From contig CM119372.1 in NCBI GenBank assembly GCA_051294905.1, positions 31,994,001 through 32,058,000 of the forward strand: DNA of 64,000 bases, in the 5' to 3' direction. The stretch is from Botryllus schlosseri. Taxonomy: Eukaryota. The translations under genes were made by a program, and so were the position numbers. Below the pieces are notes generated by a model. The model was not told the origin of the DNA. It searched no databases and worked only from the letters and a program-made list of their open reading frames with translations. This document shows, one piece after another, positions 39,101 through 48,100 of the stretch. How positions within the stretch are numbered: the first letter of the stretch is position 1; each line of letters starts with the position of its first letter.

Positions 39101-42100
39101 GTCAGTAACGAAGTACTTCTACTTTTTCGAAGTACTCAAGTAGTTTTCCTCTACTTTTGTTACTTACTCAAGCAGATCCGATTTTCGCTACTTCTACTTC
39201 TACTTCGTAATATTTTGTGATCTACTTACTTACTTTTCGCTATTTTCAGTTTGTCAAGTAGAAGTAGTTCAATCTTCCAATCAGGAAGATAGCCTGAGAA
39301 ATTTCGGGGCTGTTTTCACGGAGTATCAACATTTAATTTTCACAAAAGTTGAGTAAAGCCAAGAATTTTCGTCGTGCTTCGCGCGCAGTGGACATGTAGT
39401 CACCAGTATGATTTCACGAAAGTATCGGTGAATATAATTTAGGTCGCTGGTTGGCGTGGTTCCGTTTACACCACATTGTCGCCCTTCGCCCATATGAAAT
39501 AATTCATCACAGTATATATGGCTCATCATAACGTTTGAAACTGATGTTTCGCAATCTAGCATTTACTTGTCATATCGTAATCTAGCATGTCCACGACGTG
39601 TCCTAATCTGGAAACGTGGACTTTTTTTTAGTTTTAGAGCTGTTTTAGCACACCACCTTTGAAACTTTCTGGACTAAAGGCATGAAATACATGCTCTGCT
39701 TTTAGAAGTAGTCTTTATATTTCACTTTTAATTCCCAGTATCATATGCTTTGAGTTATAATTAATATCAGTTCTTTTGTCTAGATAAGATACATGTTGAA
39801 GTATAAAAGCAAGTGTAGTAATGCCTTTAATTTCCGGAAATAAACCTACACAATATGGCATTTTTACGGTCCACCATATTTTTTATTAACGTTTACTAAT
39901 CGCGTGTTTACACCGTATCCTATGCAACTTCTCCGTATTGCTCTTCGACTAAACTACGGGCCTTATAATATGGGGATGGCGCCGTACCATGGTATTTTCT
40001 AAAACGTGGTATTCGAGAAAACAGAGGATTAGAATCGCATTTCCATATCAATACTATCATGATGTTGATGAATGCTTATGCTATCGAAAATTGGATACCT
40101 GTTGGTATGCATCAATATGAATCACGCTCGTCACCTTTCGCATAGCTCAATTTGCACCTTTTTACAATCCATGTGAACGAATTAGGATCGTTTTCACAAC
40201 TACTTACTTACTTGAGTACTTTTAAAGTCAGTCAATTCTACTTCTACTTCAAGTAGTTTTAGGTTGCTTATGGAAGAAGTACTTCTACTCGTACTTGAGT
40301 AGATTTTTTCGTCGCTACTTCTACTTCTACTTGAGTAGCTTTCTTGACTACTTTAACCACCTCTGTTGATGAATGAAACCCCGTTCTTGTTGAGCAGAGT
40401 ATAGTGTCTGTTGTTTAACGTAGGCCTACATAAAGTAACCAAGGTCTATTAGAGCAGTCCTTTTAAATTAAATGGTAACCATTTCGCCATTATTGATATG
40501 TAAGTCAAAAGGGTGTCAATAGGGCAGTGACGATTGAAAATACTAGTTTTAATTTGTGTATTTCCATGCCTAATATGCAAAACTTATCAATTCGTTCCTA
40601 TTATACTGATCGATCTATTTATAGTTTTTTTGGAACTTTCCTTTTCAGACGGGGGACAGGAATCTGAAATCATTCAGGTTGTGGATGCTCTCGCTGATGC
40701 TTTTGTGCTAGGCAAGTATAGAACGAATGTTAGTTAGACTATGAACTAGTTATAGTACATTCTTAGATATATTTTGAACTCGTCACGGCAGATGAGCACT
40801 TGAACGGATTCTTGTTTAGTTTCATGTTTATAATCTGAAATCAATAAGTCAAAACTTTACCAAAATGTTGGATGACTTCTCCAGAAATCGGAACTTTTGG
40901 GTTAAAGTGTGACGTCATTTAACATCCCGAACAATTTACTTCTTTCTCTGTATATTCCAGCTTGATATGGTTGTTCAAAATTGACCAAATTTCAAATATA
41001 AATATAAGTGATCGTTTAGGTCAGGGGCGGGCAACATACGGCCCGCGGACATTTTCCCGTCTTAGTTGATAATGTGGCCCGCCAGCCGGTGTCCCGTCAA
41101 TACCGAGAAAACCATTACCGAGAAAGCCATTACCGAGAATGGACATCATCGAGAATGGATATTACCGAGAATGCAATGTATGCAATGCAGGCATGTTATG
41201 TATATAGACAGGTCGTGTGCATGTGCGTGACGGTTTTGCCACATTCGGTGTCGATTCTCAAATATAAATTTCTTGACAACGGTTCCTCAGTAAGTTAGAT
41301 TCTTGGCATTTACCGTTTTCGGTAATGTCCATTCTCGGTATTGGTATAGAACCGTAAATGCCGATACTGTAAGTCTTCCCGCTTCTACTTACTTACGCGT
41401 GAGCTCCACTCTCGCACGCTGCGCACACACGCAAATAATAACATACAGTCATTAAAATTTGACGTAGTAAGCAAGTAGTGGGGAATCTCGACAGACTTAG
41501 GCCGCGGGGGCTCTATACCAATAAAGAGAAAACTATTACCGAGATGCGCGCGAGAGTGGAGCTTACGCGTAAGTTCGTAGAAGCGAGAAGACTTTCATTA
41601 ACGGCATTTACGATGTACTCAACCCTAATGAATTCATATCTTGTTAAATTTGGGGTACCGGGCTTATCGAACGCCTTGCAATCTAAATTAAGGATTGCAC
41701 CATGTGTTGACTGATCAAAGAGAAGCAGACATGGCGACGCCTGTATGACAATGGTGTTCTCAAATCCACATTGTCTTCGTCATCATCGGCGAGAAATGGC
41801 TTTGAAATGACATTGCTGTCGTTACAATACATTCATTACATGCGATTTATTCCTAGTATATGAGGACAAATGGGCGAATATTGTATCGATTCAGCTATCC
41901 GACCCGCCAAGTATACTTAATTTTCCTACATCCGGCCCGCCGACTGGAGAATTTGCCCGCCCCTGGTTTAGGTTGAAGATCTCAATGTAGCTAACGGTAA
42001 CCGTTAAACAATGAGAGGGGGATTTGCATGGTGCTAAGTATAATAAAAAACTGACAAAGACGTTCTTACGATTCCGTTAAAGAAGCAAAGCTATATTTAG

Positions 42101-45100
42101 ATACAGGTACTGACAAAATTCGGATTTTCAGCCACTTTCAAATAATGCGTCGTGAAATAAAGTGTTTGCATCACAATTTTAAAGCAGTAGTTCTCAACCT
42201 TTTTGACCTCGCGGACCTGTAAAACTGAAATGATAATGTTTGCGGACCGGTGAACCTTCAAAATCTGAATTAACCCTACATCTCATTGGAACAATTACAT
42301 GCAACTCAAATGTAATATTGGAATCTTCATTTTACGCTGCCTTTTTGTTATTAGATATTTATACGTCGTTCTATTTGAAGTTTTTGCAAGGTGAAGCTCC
42401 CGAAGTCCTGTTAATGACCACTAACCTGATTATGATTGTTTGGCATCCTTTGAAAGTAATGCAACTTTGCTCTGGCTATAGCATCTGATATAGCCTACTG
42501 CCACGGGTCGCTAAATTGCACCGCCTGAATTTAACGAAGTTTGATGAAAAATCTCCGCTGTTTTGGCATAAAACTTGTCCAAAGTTGTAGCCCACTTCCA
42601 AGCATTTTCGTATAACAATTTATTTCTGCTGTACGCCCAAAGTGGTCCGTGAACTCTCTATTACTATACCATGCAGAGATGGTTGCATGTTTGCAAATTT
42701 AGAAATCAACTTAGAATATGATGTGGTAACTGCATCTGGTAACTGGTTGTAATCAGTGATATTCTCAAAGTTAGTCAATTCTGAACAACCCCGCTGTATG
42801 TTCACGAGTCAAGGATGTGAAATTGTGGATTCACATTACTATAGGTCGCCTATATTGTGGATTCACATCACTTTAAGTCGCCGGTGTGTCTCAAACTCAA
42901 GACAGCTATAGCTTGTTGTATACGATTCAGCGTCGTCTGATGAGTATTGACGCACAACATCCATTATATGATTGGTTTAATGAATATTCCTGCAAATCAT
43001 TTAGAGGAAAAAAGCATACTATTATTGATTATATCCTTACTAATTTCAGGTTTTGAATCAAAGACACACCACACAGGTAGGAATATTCGGTACAGCGATC
43101 TATATTTGGTCACTTTCATTAGATATTTTCCTAGGTTCCTGTCAAAATCGATGCTACGAAGATTATGATTCTTCTCACCAGGGATGCCACTGCAATAAAG
43201 ATTGCGTGAAGCATGGAGACTGCTGTGCAGATTTCAGAGCCACGTGTAGCTTTGGATGTACGAAACTCACATTTAACAGCACTCCAGTGGTATCTGACAA
43301 ACTTTTAGGCACAATTTGATCCAAGTTCGAAAGACATGAATCGATCTACAATGTTGGATCCGAGTACACGACACCAAAATGATTCTAAATGATTTGAAAT
43401 CAAGATTCCGATTAATGCCGATCCCTTCTCCAAGTCTAAGGGCGTAAATTTGGAATGATTAAAGAGTCGATGATCGCGTTCATCAGGATTTATTATTCCA
43501 AGATTCAGGAATCCGGTTGATCGCTGCGCATACAGTTGATCGAGTTACATTTTTCATACCATGATTTAGCAAACCTCGACAGACTGTAGGCCTACACTTC
43601 ATAAAATTCCTACGCACAAAGACAGACAGACAGACAGATTCTTTATTCGTACGATGATTGTTCACACAAATATGCAAAAATGACAAACACAGCGATATGA
43701 CCACATCAAGATGTGTAGTCTTCAAGTCAGCTGTAGTCAAGGCATAACATTAGAACATTTATATCATGCAACTGTCGGTCAGTAACACTTCAACAAAAGA
43801 TTAAACAGCAAAACGCTAACGCAAAACAGTGGTAGTAGAAAAAAAAAAAAAACTGTAACACTAGTTCAAAATAATACCAGATTATACTCTCAGGTCTCAA
43901 TATGTAGAAATGAGCTGAGACTTAAAATTACGACAGAATGATGCAAATGACAAATCTCTGTGCTCTATTGATAAGGAGTTCCATATCCTTGGACCAACAA
44001 AAGTTAAGGATCTCTGGCACACACTAGCGGCTAAATTCTGTATAAAGATATTTCCAGCAGTGGCGGATCTAGTTCCGTGAGAGTGGACACCGGCAGATGG
44101 CGTAAAGATGCGGCTAAGAGCAGAAGGGAATTCACCATGGTGATATCGGTACATGGTCTTGGCAATTTCATAAGTGCAGAGGTCGCGCACTTTCAATATC
44201 CCCAGGGATTTATATCTTGGAGAAAGACGCTCGTATCGGCCCATGCCACTTATCAAACGGATAGCCCTATTTTGGAGAACTGCGATGTGATTCAAGTAGG
44301 TATCGTAAGTTAACCCCCAAAAGATGATTCCATAGTCGAGGTGAGAGTGGAAGAGTGAAAAATATATGTCTCTTAGTACAGATCTAGGGAGAATATGTCG
44401 CAAGCGAGCTATAATACCTACTGCCTGCGCTAATTTGCTGGCAAGAGCTGCTAGTTGTGGCTTCCAACTCAAATCTTTATCAATACATAGTCCCAAATAT
44501 TTGACATTAGGGACTGCTGATAGTTTATCTTTGCCGATGGTCAAAAAAGGAGAAGGTAACAAGATCTTAGGTCTGACATTGATAAGAAGGACTTGAGTTT
44601 TTGTTGCATTGATATTCAATTTGTTGAGGCTCATCCAATGACAGATTTTTTTCATTTCAATATTGACTGAGTCTTGTAGAATACTCAAATTGTTGTCGGA
44701 TTTATACAGGCAAGTGTCATCAGCAAATAAGGTAGTCGAGAATTTAGATGCACCTGGTAAGTCGTTTATGTAAATGATAAAGAAGAGGGGGCCAAGAGCT
44801 GAACCTTGAGGAACACCGCAAGTTATTTCTCTTAGCTCAGATTTCGTACATTGGTCACCAACAAATTGTTTCCGGCAGTTTAGATATGACTTGAACAAGG
44901 CTAGCGGTGTCCCTCTAACCCCATTGTACCATAGTTTATTCAGAAGTATTGAATGATCTACCGTATCAAATGCTTTTTTCAAGTCAAGAAATATGGAGCA
45001 ACCGACCTCCTTAGATATAATTGTTGATTGGTACTTGAGCATTAGATCTAAAATGGCATGTTGAGTATTGTGATGAGTCCGAAAGCCGAATTGATTGGGC

Positions 45101-48100
45101 CATAATCTGGTTTGAAAAAATTCAGAGAGCCTCGAGTGTAGAAGCTTTTCAAAAAGTATTGCTAGGCAAGATAAGACTGATATTGGTCGGTAATTATTCA
45201 TTGACATTCTGTTTCCTTTTTTGTGTACAGTAACTACTCTGGCTACTTTAAGAGCTTCGGGAAAGATTCCTAAAGCCATGGATTGATTGTAGAGATGGGC
45301 CAATATTGGAGAAATTGCAGGGAAAACTGCCTTTAATATTTGCACAGATAGCCTATCATGACCCTCTGCTTTATTATTTCTCATGTTGGCGACTATTATG
45401 CTAATCTCTCCTATGTTGGTGGGACTCAAGAATATACTGTTGGTACTACTACGTGGTGTACTTTGGTAGTGTTTTGGGGGGAGATTAGGGCAATCAGATG
45501 CAAGTTTTGGCCCAATAGAGGTGAAGTATTTATTTAATGCATTAGCTACATTATTTGGATTGCTAACAGAATTGCCGTTGTCATCAATTACAATAGGCGG
45601 GATGGTGGCATGGGAGCTGGAGGGGTTGATTAGGTTTCTAATAGTTTTCCAAGTTTGGGCTTTATTGTTTCTGCAGTTATGAAAGTGACGAGCGAAGTAT
45701 GATTTTTTTGCCTTCGTTTTAATGTGGCTTAGCTTATTAGCATATGCCTTGTACTGTCGACGTTGCGCTTCAGTACCATTTAAATACCATACACGGTGAA
45801 GCTTATTTCTAGTTTTGATAGACTTCAAGATACCAGTAGTGATCCATGGTTTGCAGTAAAGCTTACGCTGCTTACGAGACAGACATGATAACGGTATATG
45901 ATGATCTACCAAATTCATAAGTTCGGTCATAAAATTATTGAAAGTCATATCAAGTGTGTCATATGTTAATGCTGTCATCTCAAAGGTGCCAAACTGATTG
46001 AATGCAGCATCTTGAAGACTCTTAAGAGAGTTGGTGGTAGGAAGGCGCTTATAGATAGGTTTCTTATTGGATAAAGGAGCTCTTGTGAGACATTTGATCA
46101 AAACTGGAAAATGGTCCGTAAGAGGATATTCGATAACAAAAGGGTATATAGGGCAGGAAGACACATTTGTATAGATATGGTCTAGCAAAGTTGATGAGTG
46201 GTCAGTAAGTCGAGTAGGAAGTGTAATAGTTGGATCTGCACTATGGGATTTCAACATATTGATATAATGTAATATGGGTTGCGATTTCGATAGTAAGTTA
46301 ATATTGAAATTTCCCATGATGAAATACAACTTTTTATTTACATTTAATAGTGATAAAGTTTGTGACAGATGTTCTGAGAAGTCATCAATGTTGGATGAAT
46401 TGGGGTGTCTATAAATGATTCCAACTATTATGGATGTTTCTCTTCCTATGGGACAAGAGATTTCGATCCAGATATCCTCAACCTCAGCCATGTTTAGATT
46501 GTAGCAGTCTGCTACAACGGTGGTACAAGAGGAATTTACAAAGACACCGGTACCCCCAGCATTTGTAGGAGTTGGCTTATGAAAAAACTGATAGCCATCT
46601 AGAGCCAAGCCACCGGTGTCGGGAGTTTTTAGCTTGGTTTCTGATATGCCAAGAATCATAGGCTTGGTATTGAAGAACGAGATAAGATCATTTACATCAT
46701 CTATGTGGTTTCTTAGGGATCTGGAATTGACATGAATGATAGAAAGGTGCATTGAGCTTTTAGTATTGTTTAAATTGGCTGCAACATCTTCAATTGATAA
46801 TGAGGAGCATGAATGGACATTGTCATATTCAAAGTCGGATGTATCTAGCATTGTAACAGAACTATTGGAATAATTGGTGTCCATAGTAGGTAACATTGCT
46901 TACTGGTAGACCATAGGGAAATTGCACGGATGATTGATTCTAGGTCATCTTCTTCAAGTCATCAAAGTTGGAGATCTGGAGCACAGATGACTTTGAGTTC
47001 TTTCTTGTGAGAATTCTTCCATATTTAGTCCACAGGTAATCATAATCATTCTTTCTTTTTAGTTTCCTTGCCTCGAACAGTAGGTTGCGAGTTCTTTCGG
47101 TGAGGTTTTCGACTATGTAAATATCCGAGTAATTTGGAATGCTTGCTGAGTTTTCAACGGAACGAAGCATAGATCGAGATTCAAAGACTTTGTTTCGTAT
47201 TACACGAGATCCAAACTTCACAATGATTGGCGAGGGATTACCATTTTTATCGCTTGTGGGGAATTTCCTGTGTGAGTAGGTGATATCATTGGCCTGAGGG
47301 GGGACCTTTATTTTGGACATGATCTCCTTGATGAGAATATCAGTGTCTTCGGTGGTACTGGTAGGTATGCCGTTGAACTCGAGAAGATCAAGTCTTGATT
47401 GCCTGTCGGTTTCTTCATACTTCTCAGAGAGATCAGTAATTGATTTCTTCTGTTCATTGATAATCAGGGCAAGTTGTTCGATTGACTTCGAATTTTGCTT
47501 TATTGAGCCAGTATTAATCTCCAGTTGTTTTTCCATTTCATCAAACTTATCTGTAATGAATTCTTGGCTCTTCTGAACTTTTGCAATTTCTTCACTCATC
47601 TCTTTCAAGGATGAATTGATATTTGCCAGAGTTTTCTGGACATTCTTCATAGTATTGGTTTTGTTGAATTCTTCAAGACAGTTTTTGATGATGGAGGGAA
47701 TTTCATTTCTTATTTTTTCAAGTATCATCTGTTGTTCCGGGGTCGCCATGCTGTTCTTGGGAGGATCGCTGGGTTTGCTTCTTGTCATTTCACAGTACCG
47801 GTAGCAATTTACAGTAAAGTAGGCTACTGCTAAACCTTAACCTTTAATACAACCAAATACTCCAATCAATCAAATACTCCACAAATATGTCCGATACTGA
47901 CCGTGACGACTGTATCACAGGTTAATGGCTTCACTCAATGAATCAATGAATCATGCACGAACCATTGTAGAGCAATGTATCTTATTTATATTCCATACTC
48001 CGTTGCGTCGCTGCACCGTACTAATTGGACATGACTTTCAATTCGAGATGAGGATAATTCTACCTGTTCAAATCGTTGTATCAGCAGCCGACCGTTTCAT

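Larger units (their letters stand above)
43620..47900 (-). mobile_element. Near full-length non-LTR retrotransposon (CR1/L2-group LINE), antisense in the intron between the SMB exons
   Basis: Two tandem ORFs; 3' end AATAAA followed by (TCTG)n; 5' boundary approximate; no clear TSD. Confidence 0.9.
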
